This document shows, piece by piece, positions 10,904-24,300 of a stretch of 64,000 nucleotides of DNA. Below the pieces are notes generated by a model. The model had not been told where the DNA came from and did not search any database. It saw only the letters and a list, made by a program, of their open reading frames with translations. The stretch is from Macrostomum hystrix. Taxonomy: Eukaryota > Animalia > Platyhelminthes. A program made the translations under genes and the position numbers. The DNA lies in contig CATNEN010000032.1 of the NCBI GenBank assembly GCA_950097015.1, positions 62,001 through 126,000 of the forward strand. The letters are read 5' to 3'. Positions within the stretch are counted from its first letter, which is position 1; each line of letters starts with the position of its first letter.

Positions 10904-11512
10904 CCCCAGTTACTGATTATGGAGTGACCCTCCTTCTCCCCAGTTACTTATTCTGGCGTGACCCTCCTTCCCCCCAGTTACTGATTCTGGCGTAACCCTC
11001 CTTCTCCCCAGTTACTTATTCTGGCGTGACCCTCCTTCTCCCCAGTTACTTATTCTGGCGTGACCCTTCCCCCAGTTACTTATTCTGGCGTGACCTCCCT
11101 TCCCCTCAGTTACTTGTTCTGGCGTGACCCTTCCCCCAGTTACTTATTCTGGCGTGACCTCCCTTCCCATCAGTTACTTATTCTGGCGTGACCCTTCCCT
11201 CAGTTACTTATTCTGGCGTGACCTACCTTCCCCTCGGTTACTTATTCTGGTGTGACCTCCCTTCCAACCAGTTACTTATTCTGGAATCTGGCGTGACCCT
11301 CCTTCCCGCCCAGTTACTTATTCTGGCGTGACCTCCCTTCCCCTCAGTTACTTATTCTGGTGTGACCTCCCTTCCAACCAGTTACTTATTCTGGAATCTG
11401 GCGTGACCCTCCTTCCCACCAGTTACTTATTCTGGCGTGACCTCCCTTCCCACCAGTTACTTATTCTGGCGTGAGACTCCTTCCCACCGGTTTGTTATTC
11501 TGGCGTGACCCC
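10904..11512. repeat. About 31-33-bp minisatellite, right part
   Basis: Same unit as 5020-5380. Confidence 0.95.
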
Positions 11513-11578
11513 CAGTGCCTAAATTAGGAGTGAAAAAATATTAATAATCGAATCTCTATAAATGAAATTGTCAGTCAC

Positions 11579-12106
11579 CTTTCCACCAGTGGACACAGAG
11601 GCAAAAACAATCCGGTCGCCATTAAAATAGAATTTGAAATCGAAATGCGTCCACAGGTAGACCCGGTGGGTGTGGGGCACCAGGCTGGTCTCCTCCAGGT
11701 GGCCCAAGAAGCCTCGGACAGGAATATCGTCAACAACAAATTCGAAATAATACAGATCCTCCACTGCGCTAAGCAGACGCCCAATATCTGCCTCTGTTGG
11801 CGACTTGGAGCACAACAGGACATTGTTGGCTGTCTGGCGAAATTTCACATCAAACATGGACATTGCCATGCGATCTCCGTCAAGCAGCTCGCCGAGTGAC
11901 ATGGACTTGTGCACAATGGTCTGGGGACGACAAACCGGCAGCTCATAATAATGATAAGTCTCATGGGGATTGTAGTAGGGACCAACTTTGTTCACGTAGA
12001 TTGGCACTGGACTACCAGGTGTGTAGTGCCCAGCTGAGCTGGCCTGTTGGCTCATCACAAGCAACAGCAGTAGCATCAGCGACATTTGCAGCCACAGTGA
12101 GGACAT
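11579..12106 (-). CDS. TM9SF1: TM9SF1 coding exon 1 (signal peptide plus luminal domain, 176 codons)
   Basis: MSSLWLQMSLMLLLLLV signal peptide; YVNKVGPYYNPHETYHYYELPVC, LGELLDGDRM and YYFEFVVDDIP motifs typical of TM9SF1; donor AAG|gtgact at 11578; upstream acceptor ctgttacag suggests a 5'-UTR intron. Confidence 0.92.
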
Positions 12107-12797
12107 GGCAGTGCAGGAGCTGGGCTGTAACAGAAAGTAGAACCCTATTTGATAAAAATATGTGTTACTATACTTTTTCATATGCATTATAGAGCAAAGT
12201 ATTGACAATTTTCCTTTAAAAAACTACTTTGTCATATACAGGGGCTATTAAAACAATAAATAGCTATAGACAAGAATATAATTATAAAACAAGCAATAAT
12301 ACTAGGTAATAGGCCTATATCATTATTTAAATGCAAACTCTTTTTGAAAAGTCATACGCTCCTTATTAACTATTCTGTGAACCTGCAACTAATGATTTCT
12401 TACATTTTAGACCTTCTCTGGTCAGTTAGTTATGCATTTTTTAAATAGCTTATCTGCTTTTTATAACTTATAAGTGACAAAAAGGCATAGCTATACAACT
12501 AGAAATAAATATTTTCTGTGAGTTGAGATGTACTTTCTATAAGTACAGCCTGCATCACACTTAGCATTAGGCAGTATGTCTTTTATGAGCATATTTCCAA
12601 TGCACAGGCTTATTTTTCAAAAAAATATTTTACATTTTTGCACAAAATATGATAGTGTCAAAATTACTTTTATTGCTTTTGCTTGACAAGAATGCACTTT
12701 ATTGAATACTCTAATCAAATAACAAACAAACAAGATCCAACGAGCAACACTATACAGTTTTCAGAAAATATAATTATAAATCTATCGGCATCAGCGG

Positions 12798-12836
12798 GGG
12801 TTTCCGGTCTCCGGGTTTCCGGAGAGACCGGAACCC
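12798..12836. promoter_or_regulatory. GC-rich inverted repeat with clustered CCGGAA/TTCCGG (ETS-like) motifs; candidate TM9SF1 promoter
   Basis: GGGTTTCCGGTCTC...GAGACCGGAACCC sits in a GC island about 0.7 kb upstream of the start codon. The promoter role is inference only. Confidence 0.3.
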
Positions 12837-13445
12837 ATAGTCGGTGCACATCGAGGGTTCGCGATTTTAGCAAACCCTTAAGATATTTGTCGAAAGCGAA
12901 TCATCAGTGATTTTACTATCAATATATTATATAACAGTTTAGTACACTAATTTATATAGATGAACGAATAGAAGCAGGCAGTAAAAAATTTGCTGCTGTA
13001 ATTTACTATAATGAGTAATTATTACAGATTTACAGTACATAATCTTGGAAAAAATATGCAATTAAACAAGTGCGAAACCAACTTTTTGAGAATTTTTGGC
13101 TAATATTACTTATATGACTTATATTGTCAAACAAGCTATTAGAAAACAAAAAATTGTACACCCAGCACTATATTTTTTAACATGCTTTCCTGAAATGCAG
13201 CTGAAATGGCACTTCCTTAAAACGCATGCTTCGTATTTTTTAAACCCGGCAAATCTTGTCAATTTTCGTGTACAAAAGTACAAACAATGTGAAGGACAGA
13301 AGCATCAATAGCTATTATATAATATTTTTTACTGAGTTTAGTTTAGTTTACTAGCAAGTTTTGCCCCCCTTCGGGGAGCAGAAATACTTTTAATTCGTCT
13401 AGTATATACTTTTTAGCAGCTGAATTTACAGCTTTTAAAAGCTAC

Positions 13446-15305
13446 AATGAACCCCCAGTTGACAATGATCCCCCAGTTGACAATGATCCCCCAGTTGACA
13501 ATGAACCCCCAGTTGACAACGATCCCACAGTTGACAATGATCCCCCATTTGACAATGATCCCCCAGTTAACAATGATCCCACAGTTAACAATGATCCCCC
13601 AGTTGACAAAGATCCCCCAGTTCACAATGATCACCCAGATGATGATGATCCCCCAGTTGATGATGATCCCCCAGTTGACAATGAACCCCCAGTTGACAAT
13701 GAACCCCCAGTTGACAACGATCCCACAGTTGACAATGATCCCCCATTTGACAATGATCCCCCAGTTGACAATGATCCCACAGTTGACAATGATCCCCCAG
13801 TTGACAATGATCCCCCAGTTGACAATGATCCCCCAGTTAACAAAGATCCCCCAGTTCACAATGATCCCCCAGTTGATGAAGTCTCCCCATTGATGATGAT
13901 CCCCAGTTAACAATGTTCCTCCATTTGACAATGTTCCCCCAGTTGACAATGATCCCCCAGTTGATGATGATCACCCAGTTGACAATGATCCCCCAGTTGA
14001 TGATGATCCCCCAGTTGACAATGAACCCCCAGTTGACAATGAACCCCCAGTTGACAACGATCCCACAGTTGACAATGATCCCCCATTTGACAATGATCCC
14101 CCAGTTGACAATGATCCCACAGTTGACAATGATCCCCCAGTTGACAAAGATCCCCCAGTTCACAATGATCACCCAGTTGATGATGATCCCCCAGTTGATG
14201 ATGATCCCCCAGTTGAAAATGATCCCCCAGTTGACAATGATCCCCCATTTGACAATGATCCCCCAGTTGACAATGATCCCCCAGTTAACAAAGATCCCCC
14301 AGTTCACAATGATCCCCCAGTTGATGAAGTCTCCCCATTGATGATGATCCCCAGTTAACAATGTTCCTCCATTTGACAATGTTCCCCCAGTTAACAATGA
14401 TCCCCCAGTTAATGATGATTCCCCAGTTGAAAATGATCCCCCAGTTGACAATGATCCCCCAGTTGAGAATGATCCCCCAGTTGACAATGATCCCCCAGTT
14501 AACAAAGATCCCCCAGTTCACAATGATCCCCCAGTTGATGAAGTCTCCCCATTGATGATGATCCCTAGTTAACAATGTTCCTCCAGTTGACAATGTTCCC
14601 CCAGTTGACAATGATCCCCCAGTTGATGATGATCCCCCAGTTGACAATGATCCCCCAGTTGACAATGATCCCCCAGTTGACAATGATCCCCCAGTTGACA
14701 ATGATCCCGCCGGTTGACAATGATCCCACAGTTGACAATGAACCCCCAGTTGACAATGATCCCCCAGTTGATGATGATCCCCCAGTTGACAATGATCCCC
14801 CAGTTGACAATGATCCCCCAGTTGACAATGAACCCCCAGTTGACAACGATCCCCCAGTTGACAATGATCCCCCAGTTGACAATGATCCCCCAGTTGACAA
14901 TGATCCCACAGTATACAATGATCCCCCAGTTGACAAAGATCCCCCAGTTCTCAATGATCCCCCAGTTGATGATGATCCCCAGTTGATGATGATTCCCCAG
15001 TTGACAATTATCCCCCAGTTGACCATTACCCCCCACTTGACAATGATCTCTCAGTTCACAATGATCCCCCCAGTTGACAATGATCCCCCAGTTGACAATG
15101 AACCCCCAGTTGACAATGAACCCCCAGTTGACAAAGATCCCCCAGTTGACAATGATCCCCCATTTGACAATGATCCCCCAGTTGACAATGATCCCCCAGT
15201 TGACAATGATCCCCCGGTTGACATTGATCCCCCAGTCGACAATTATCCCCCAGTTTACCATGATCCCCCAGTTCACCATGATCCCCATTTTGATGATGAC
15301 TCCCC
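13446..15305. repeat. 18-bp satellite (CCCAGTTGACAATGATCC)n inside L1, about 100 copies
   Basis: Read directly; source of the LTMIPQ / VDNDPP / NWGIIV periodic ORFs. Confidence 0.97.
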
Positions 15306-15324
15306 AGTTGACGTTGATTTTTCA

Positions 15325-17775
15325 AACAGGTTAGCCAAGATTCAAACTCAGGTTTCGCCATGTTTTAAACCCTGGTGGGCTATGATTCAAACTCTCGTTT
15401 TGCCATGATTCAGACTCTGGTTGGCTATGATTCAAACTCTGGTTTAGCCATGATTCAGACGCTGGTTTAGCCATGATTCAGACGCTGGTTTAGCCATGAT
15501 TGAAACTCTGGTTTAGCCATGATTCAAACTCTGGTTTAGCCATGATTCAGACGCTGGTTTAGCCATGATTCAGACTCTAGTTTAGCCATGATTCAGACTC
15601 TGGTTTAGCCATGATTCAGACTCTAGTTTAGCCATGATTCAGACTCTGGTTTAGCCATGATTCAGACTCTAGTTTAGCCATGATTCAGACTCTGGTTTAG
15701 CCATGATTCAGACTCTATTTTAGCCATGATTCAGACTATGGTTTAGCCATGATTCAGACGCTGGTTTAGCCATGATTCAGACGCTGGTTTAGCCATGATT
15801 CAGACGCTGGTTTAGCCATGATTGAAACGCTGGTTTAGCCATGATTCAGACTCTAGTTTAGCCATGATTCAGACTCTGGTTTAGCCATGATTCAGACTCT
15901 GGTTTAGCCATGATTCAGACTCTATTTTAGCCATGATTCAGACTATGGTTTAGCCATGATTCAGACTCCAGTTTAGCCATGATTCAGACTCTGGTTTAGC
16001 CATGATTCAGACTCTGTTTAAGCCATGATTCAGACTCTGGTTTAGCCATGATTTAAATTCTGGTTAAGCCATGATTCAGACTCTGGTTTAGCCATGATTC
16101 AAACTCTGGTTAAGCCATGATTCAAACTCTGGTTTAGCCATGATTCAAACTCTGGTTTAGCCATGATTCAGACGCTGGTTTAGCCATGATTCAGACTCTA
16201 GTTTAGCTATGATTCAGACTCTGGTTTAGCCATGATTCAGACTCTAGTTTAGCCATGATTCAGACTCTGGTTTAGCCATGATTCAGACTCTGGTTTAGCC
16301 ATGATTCAGACTCTGGTTTAGCCATGATTCAGACTCTGGTTAAGCCATGATTCAGACTCTGGTTTAGCCATGATTTAAATTCTGGTTAAGCCATGATTCA
16401 GACGCTGGTTTAGCCATGATTCAGACTCTAGTTTAGCCATGATTCAGACTCTGGTTTAGCCATGATTCAGACTCTAGTTTAGCCATGATTCAGACTCTGG
16501 TTTAGCCATGATTCAGACTCTGGTTTAGCCATGATTCAGACTCTGGTTTAGCCATGATTCAGACTCTGGTTAAGCCATGATTCAGACTCTGGTTTAGCCA
16601 TGATTTAAATTCTGGTTAAGCCATGATTCAGACGCTGGTTTAGCCATGATTGAAACTCTGGTTAAGCCATGATTCAAACTCTGGTTTAGCCATGATTCAG
16701 ACGCTGGTTTAGCCATGATTCAGACTCTAGTTTAGCCATGATTCAGACTCTGGTTTAGCCATGATTCAGACTCTGGTTTAGCCATGATTCAGACTCTATT
16801 TTAGCCATGATTCAGACTATGGTTTAGCCATGATTCAGACTCCAGTTTAGCCATGATTCAGACTCTGGTTTAGCCATGATTCAGACTCTGTTTAAGCCAT
16901 GATTCAGACTCTGGTTTAGCCATGATTTAAATTCTGGTTAAGCCATGATTCAGACTCTGGTTTAGCCATGATTCAAACTCTGGTTAAGCCATGATTCAAA
17001 CTCTGGTTTAGCCATGATTCAAACTCTGGTTTAGCCATGATTCAGACGCTGGTTTAGCCATGATTCAGACTCTAGTTTAGCCATGATTCAGACTCTGGTT
17101 TAGCCATGATTCAGACTCTAGTTTAGCCATGATTCAGACTCTGGTTTAGCCATGATTCAGACTCTGGTTTAGCCATGATTCAGACTCTATTTTAGCCATG
17201 ATTCAGACTCTGGTTTAGCCATGATTCAAACTCTGGTTAAGCCATGATTCAAACTCTGGTTTAGCCATGATTCAGACTCTGGTTAAGCCATGATTCAGAC
17301 TCTGGTTTAGCCATGATTTAAATTCTGGTTAAGCCATGATTCAGACTCTGGTTTAGCCATGATTCAAACTCTGGTTAAGCCATGATTCAAACTCTGGTTT
17401 AGCCATGATTCAAACTCTGGTTTAGCCATGATTCAGACGCTGGTTTAGCCATGATTCAGACTCTGGTTTATCCATGATTCAGACTCTGGTTTAGCCATGA
17501 TTCAGACTCTGGTTTAGCCATGATTCAAACTCTGGTTAAGCCATGATTCAGACTCTGGTTTAGCCATGATTCAGACTCTGGTTTAGCCATGATTCAGACT
17601 CCAGTTTAGCCATGATTCAAACTCTGGTTAAGCCATGATTCAGACTCTGGTTTAGCCATGATTCAGACTCTGGTTTAGCCATGATTCAGACTCTGGTTTA
17701 GCCATGATTCAGACGCTGGTTTAGCCATGATTCAAGCTCTATTTTTGCCATGATTCAAATTCAGGTTTGCTATGA
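15325..17775. repeat. 23-bp satellite (CTCTGGTTTAGCCATGATTCAGA)n inside L1, about 105 copies
   Basis: CATG recurs at 15541 and 15564 (period 23). Confidence 0.97.
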
Positions 17776-18376
17776 TTTATGATATTTTATTTACGAAATG
17801 AAAAAATAAATTAAAATAATCTTCAATCACTACTGGCTGAAAATTAGTCTAAATGATTTGACGCAGTGCAGAATCGAACCCTAGCCTAGCCTAACCTATT
17901 CCTAGTGCCTACACATCGGCTATTCCGACTGTTGGTTAGTGGGTGCAAAAATCTGCCTTATAAAATGAATTCTCAAAGTTCTGGCTTTGTACAATGAAGT
18001 AAGAAAATAGAGTACACTCAGTCTCGCGGTTGGTTGTGTACATTTATTTCCAATTTGTCTCCAGAGTGCAGGCTTCAAATTCAATCAGCTAGGGGTTGTT
18101 GCGCAATTTGACGACGCAATTCTAATTCAGTGGCTGTCAGTGAAATTCTCAATAGGCCAAGATGGTTTGACCTTTGAAAAAATCATGTTTTTCGAATATT
18201 TAATCCCTTTTGCAATAAAGTTAAGCTTAATAAAAATACGTGTATAATTGTCCCCATATTTGGCATCTTTTGGTGAAGAAATGGTGAAAATCGGTTGAGC
18301 CGTTCGGGAGAAAATCAATTACAACCAACCAACCAACCAACCAACCAACCAACCATTTCATTTTTAGTATAGTGGA

Positions 18377-21300
18377 CTAGCAAGTTTTGCCCCCCTTCGG
18401 GGAGCAGAAATATTTTTAATTCGTCTATTATATACTTTTTAGCAGCTGAATTTACAGCTTTTTAATTCTACATTGATCCCCCAGTTGACAATGATCCCCC
18501 AGTTAGCAATGATCCCGCAGTCGACAATGATCCCCCAGTTGACAAAGATCCCCCAGTTCACAATGAACCCCCAGTTGACAATGATCCCCCAGTTGACAAT
18601 GATCCCCCAGTTGACAATGATCCCCCAGTTGACAATGATCCCCCAGTTGACAATGATCCCCCAGTTGACAATGATCCCCCAGTTGACAATGATCCCCCAG
18701 TTGACAATGATCCCCCAGTTAACAAAGATCCCCCAGTTCACAATGATCCCCCAGTTGATGATGACTCCCCATTGATGATGATCCCCAGTTAACAATGTTC
18801 CTCCAGTTGACAATGTTCCCCCAGTTGACAATGATCCCCCAGTTGATGATGATCACCCAGTTGACAATGATCCCCCAGTTGACAATGATCCCCCAGTTGA
18901 CAATGATTCCCCAGTTGACAATGATCCCGCCCGTTGACAATGATCCCACAGTTGACAATGAACCCCCAGTTGACAATGATCCGCCAGTTGATGATGATCC
19001 CCCAGTTGACAATGATCCCCCAGTTGACTATGATCCCCCAGTTGACAATGAACCCCAGTTGACAACGATCCCCCAGTTGACAATGATCCCCCAGTTGACA
19101 ATGATCCCGCCCGTTGACAATGATCCCACAGTTGACAATTAACCCCCAGTTGACAATGAACCCCCAGTTGACAATGAACCCCCAGTTGACAATGATCCCC
19201 CAGTTGACAATGATCCCCCCGTTGACAATGATCCCCCAGTTGACAATGAACCCCCAGTTGACAATGATCCCCCAGTTGACAATGATCCCCCAGTTGACAA
19301 TGATCCCCCAGTTGACAATGATCCCCCAGTTGACAATGATCCCCCAGTTGACAATGATCCCCCAGTTGACAATTATCCCCCAGTTTACCATGATCCCCCA
19401 GTTGACGATTATCCCCCAGTTCACCATGATCCCCATTTTGATGATGACTCCCCAGTTGACGTTGATTTTTCAAACGCTGGGTTAGCCAAGATTCAAACTC
19501 AGGTTTCGACATGTTTTAAACCCTGGTGGGCTATGATTCAAACTCTCGTTTTGCCATGATTCAGACTCTGGTTGGCTATGATTCAAACTCTGGTTTAGCC
19601 ATGATTCAAACTCTGGTTTAGCCATGATTCAAACTCTGGTTTAGCCATGATTCAAACTCTGGTTTAGCCATGATTCAAACGCTGGGTTAGCCATTATTGA
19701 AACTCGGTTTTTGCCATGATTCAAACTCTGGTTTAGCCATGATTCAAACGCCGGGTTAGCCATGATTGAAACTCTGGTTTAGCCAAGATTCAAACTCTGG
19801 TTGGCTATGATTCAAACTCTGGTTTAGCCATGATTCAAACTCTGGTTTAGCCATGATTCAAACTCTGGTTTAGCCATGATTCAGACGCTGGTTTAGCCAT
19901 GCTGATGATGATGGTTTAGCCATGATTCAGACTCTGGTTTAGCCATGATTCAAACTCTGGTGTAGCCATTATTCAAACTCTGGTTTAGCCATGATTCAAA
20001 CTCTGGTTTAGCCATGATTCAGACGCTGGTTTAGCCATGCTGATGATGATGGTTTAGCCATGATTCAAAGCCTGGTGTAGCCATGATTTAGTCTCTGGTT
20101 TAGCCATGATTCAAACTCTGGTTTAGCCATGATTCAGACGCTGGTTTAGCCATGATTCAGACGCTGGTTTAGCCATGATTTAGTCTCTGGTTTAGCCATG
20201 ATTCAAACTCTGGTTTAGCCATGATTCAAACTCTGGTTTAGCCATGATTCAGACTCTAGTTTAGCCCTGATTCAAACTCTGGTTTAGCCATGATTCAGAC
20301 GCTGGTTTAGCCATGATTCAGACTCTGGTTTAGCCATGATTCAGACGCTGGTTTAGCCATGATTTAGTCTCTGGTTTAGCCATGATTCAAACTCTGGTTT
20401 AGCCATGATTCAGACGCTGGTTTAGCCATGATTCAGACTCTGGTTTAGCCATGATTCAGACGCTGGTTTAGCCATGACTTAGTCTCTGGTTTAGCCATGA
20501 TTCAAACTCTGGTTTAGCCATGATTCAGACGCTGGTTTAGCCATGATTTAGTCTCTGGTTTAGCCCTGATTCAAACTCTGGTTTAGCCATGATTCAGACG
20601 CTGGTTTAGCCATGATTCAGACTCTGGTTTAGCCATGATTCAGACGCTGGTTTAGCCATGATTTAGTCTCTGGTTTAGCCATGATTCAAACTCTGGTTTA
20701 GCCATGATTCAGACGCTGGTTTAGCCATGATTTAGTCTCTGGTTTAGCCATGATTCAAACTCTCGTTTTGCCATGATTCAGACTCTGGTTGGCTATGATT
20801 CAAACTCTGGTTTAGCCATGATTCAAACTCTGGTTTAGCCATGATTCAAACTCTGGTTTAGCCATGATTCAAACTCTGGTTTAGCCATGATTCAAACGCT
20901 GGGTTAGCCATTATTGAAACTCGGTTTTTGCCATGATTCAAACTCTGGTTTAGCCATGATTCAAACGCCGGGTTAGCCATGATTGAAACTCTGGTTTAGC
21001 CAAGATTCAAACTCTGGTTGGCTATGATTCAAACTCTGGTTTAGCCATGATTCAAACTCTGGTTTAGCCATGATTCAAACTCTGGTTTAGCCATTATTCA
21101 GACGCTGGTTTAGCCATGCTGATGATGATGGTTTAGCCATGATTCAGACTCTGGTTTAGCCATGATTCAAACTCTGGTTTAGCCATGATTCAGACGCTGG
21201 TTTAGCCATGCTGATGATGATGGTTTAGCCATGATTCAAACTCTGGTTTAGCCATGCTGATGATGATGGTTTAGCCATGATTTAGTCTCTGGTTTAGCCA

Positions 21301-24300
21301 TGATTCAAACTCTGGTTTAGCCATGATTCAGACGCTGGTTTAGCCATGATTCAGACTCTGGTTTAGCCATGATTCAGACGCTGGTTTAGCCATGACTTAG
21401 TCTCTGGTTTAGCCATGATTCAAACTCTGGTTTAGCCATGATTCAGACGCTGGTTTAGCCATGATTTAGTCTCTGGTTTAGCCCTGATTCAAACTCTGGT
21501 TTAGCCATGATTCAGACGCTGGTTTAGCCATGATTCAGACTCTGGTTTAGCCATGATTCAGACGCTGGTTTAGCCATGATTTAGTCTCTGGTTTAGCCAT
21601 GATTCAAACTCTGGTTTAGCCATGATTCAGACGCTGGTTTAGCCATGATTTAGTCTCTGGTTTAGCCATGATTCAAACTCTCGTTTTGCCATGATTCAGA
21701 CTCTGGTTGGCTATGATTCAAACTCTGGTTTAGCCATGATTCAAACTCTGGTTTAGCCATGATTCAAACTCTGGTTTAGCCATGATTCAAACTCTGGTTT
21801 AGCCATGATTCAAACGCTGGGTTAGCCATTATTGAAACTCGGTTTTTGCCATGATTCAAACTCTGGTTTAGCCATGATTCAAACGCCGGGTTAGCCATGA
21901 TTGAAACTCTGGTTTAGCCAAGATTCAAACTCTGGTTGGCTATGATTCAAACTCTGGTTTAGCCATGATTCAAACTCTGGTTTAGCCATGATTCAAACTC
22001 TGGTTTAGCCATGATTCAGACGCTGGTTTAGCCATGCTGATGATGATGGTTTAGCCATGATTCAGACTCTGGTTTAGCCATGATTCAAACTCTGGTGTAG
22101 CCATTATTCAAACTCTGGTTTAGCCATGATTCAAACTCTGGTTTAGCCATGATTCAGACGCTGGTTTAGCCATGCTGATGATGATGGTTTAGCCATGATT
22201 CAAACTCTGGTTTAGCCATGCTGATGATGATGGTTTAGCCATGATTCAAAGCCTGGTGTAGCCATGATTTAGTCTCTGGTTTAGCCATGATTCAAACTCT
22301 GGTTTAGCCATGATTCAGACGCTGGTTTAGCCATGATTCAGACGCTGGTTTAGCCATGATTTAGTCTCTGGTTTAGCCATGATTCAAACTCTGGTTTAGC
22401 CATGATTCAAACTCTGGTTTAGCCATGATTCAGACTCTAGTTTAGCCCTGATTCAAACTCTGGTTTAGCCATGATTCAGACGCTGGTTTAGCCATGATTC
22501 AGACTCTGGTTTAGCCATGATTCAGACGCTGGTTTAGCCATGATTTAGTCTCTGGTTTAGCCATGATTCAAACTCTGGTTTAGCCATGATTCAGACGCTG
22601 GTTTAGCCATGATTCAGACTCTGGTTTAGCCATGATTCAGACGCTGGTTTAGCCATGATTTAGTCTCTGGTTTAGCCATGATTCAAACTCTGGTTTAGCC
22701 ATGATTCAGACGCTGGTTTAGCCATGATTTAGTCTCTGGTTTAGCCCTGATTCAAACTCTGGTTTAGCCATGATTCAGACGCTGGTTTAGCCATGATTCA
22801 GACTCTGGTTTAGCCATGATTCAGACGCTGGTTTAGCCATGATTTAGTCTCTGGTTTAGCCATGATTCAAACTCTGGTTTAGCCATGCTGATGATGATGG
22901 TTTAGCCATGATTCAAAGCCTGGTGTAGCCATGATTTAGTCTCTGGTTTAGCCATGATTCAAACTCTGGTTTAGCCATGATTCAGACGCTGGTTTAGCCA
23001 TGATTCAGACGCTGGTTTAGCCATGATTTAGTCTCTGGTTTAGCCATGATTCAAACTCTGGTTTAGCCATGATTCAAACTCTGGTTTAGCCATGATTCAG
23101 ACTCTAGTTTAGCCCTGATTCAAACTCTGGTTTAGCCATGATTTAGTCTCTGGTTTAGCCATGATTCAGACTCTGGTTTAGCCATGCTGATGATGATGGT
23201 TTAGCCATGATTCAAAGCCTGGTGTAGCCATGATTTAGTCTCTGGTTTAGCCATGATTCAAACTCTGGTTTAGCCATGATTCAGACGCTGGTTTAGCCAT
23301 GATTCAGACGCTGGTTTAGCCATGATTTAGTCTCTGGTTTAGCCATGATTCAAACTCTGGTTTAGCCATGATTCAGACGCTGGTTTAGCCATGATTCAGA
23401 CTCTGGTTTAGCCATGATTCAGACGCTGGTTTAGCCATGATTTAGTCTCTGGTTTAGCCATGATTCAAACTCAGGTTTAGCCATGATTCAGACGCTGGTT
23501 TAGCCATGATTCAGACGCTGGTTTAGCCATGATTTAGTCTCTGGTTTAGCCATGATTCAGACTCTGGTTTAGCCATGCTGATGATGATGGTTTAGCCATG
23601 ATTCAAAGCCTGGTGTAGCCATGATTTAGTCTCTGGTTTAGCCATGATTCAAACTCTGGTTTAGCCATGATTCAGACGCTGGTTTAGCCATGATTCAGAC
23701 GCTGGTTTAGCCATGATTTAGTCTCTGGTTTAGCCATGATTCAAACTCTGGTTTAGCCATGATTCAAACTCTGGTTTAGCCATGATTCAGACGCTGGTTT
23801 AGCCATGATTTAGTCTCTGGTTTAGCCATGATTCAAACTCTGGTTTAGCCATGATTCAGACGCTGGTTTAGCCATGATTCAGACTCTGGTTTAGCCATGA
23901 TTCAGACGCTGGTTTAGCCATGATTTAGTCTCTGGTTTAGCCATGATTCAAACTCTGGTTTAGCCATGATTCAGACGCTGGTTTAGCCATGATTTAGTCT
24001 CTGGTTTAGCCCTGATTCAAACTCTGGTTTAGCCATGATTCAGACGCTGGTTTAGCCATGATTCAGACTCTGGTTTAGCCATGATTCAGACGCTGGTTTA
24101 GCCATGATTTAGTCTCTGGTTTAGCCATGATTCAAACTCTGGTTTAGCCATGATTCAGACGCTGGTTTAGCCATGATTTAGTCTCTGGTTTAGCCATGAT
24201 TCAAACTCAGGTTTAGCCATGATTCAGACGCTGGTTTAGCCATGATTCAGACGCTGGTTTAGCCATGATTGAAACTCTGGTTTAGCCATGATTCAGACGC

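Larger units (their letters stand above)
13351..18376 (-). mobile_element. Long Helitron unit L1 (5026 bp) carrying 18-bp and 23-bp satellites
   Basis: 3' end (minus) TGCTCCCCGAAGGGGGGCA-AAACTTG-CTAG; 5' end TCCACTATACTAAAAATGAAA followed by (TGGT)n; about 600-bp unique body at 17775-18376. Confidence 0.88.

Noticed and set aside
17863-17886. tRNA B-box-like GGTTCGATTC (minus) in the L body
   Set aside because: No A box or cloverleaf; not a tRNA gene.
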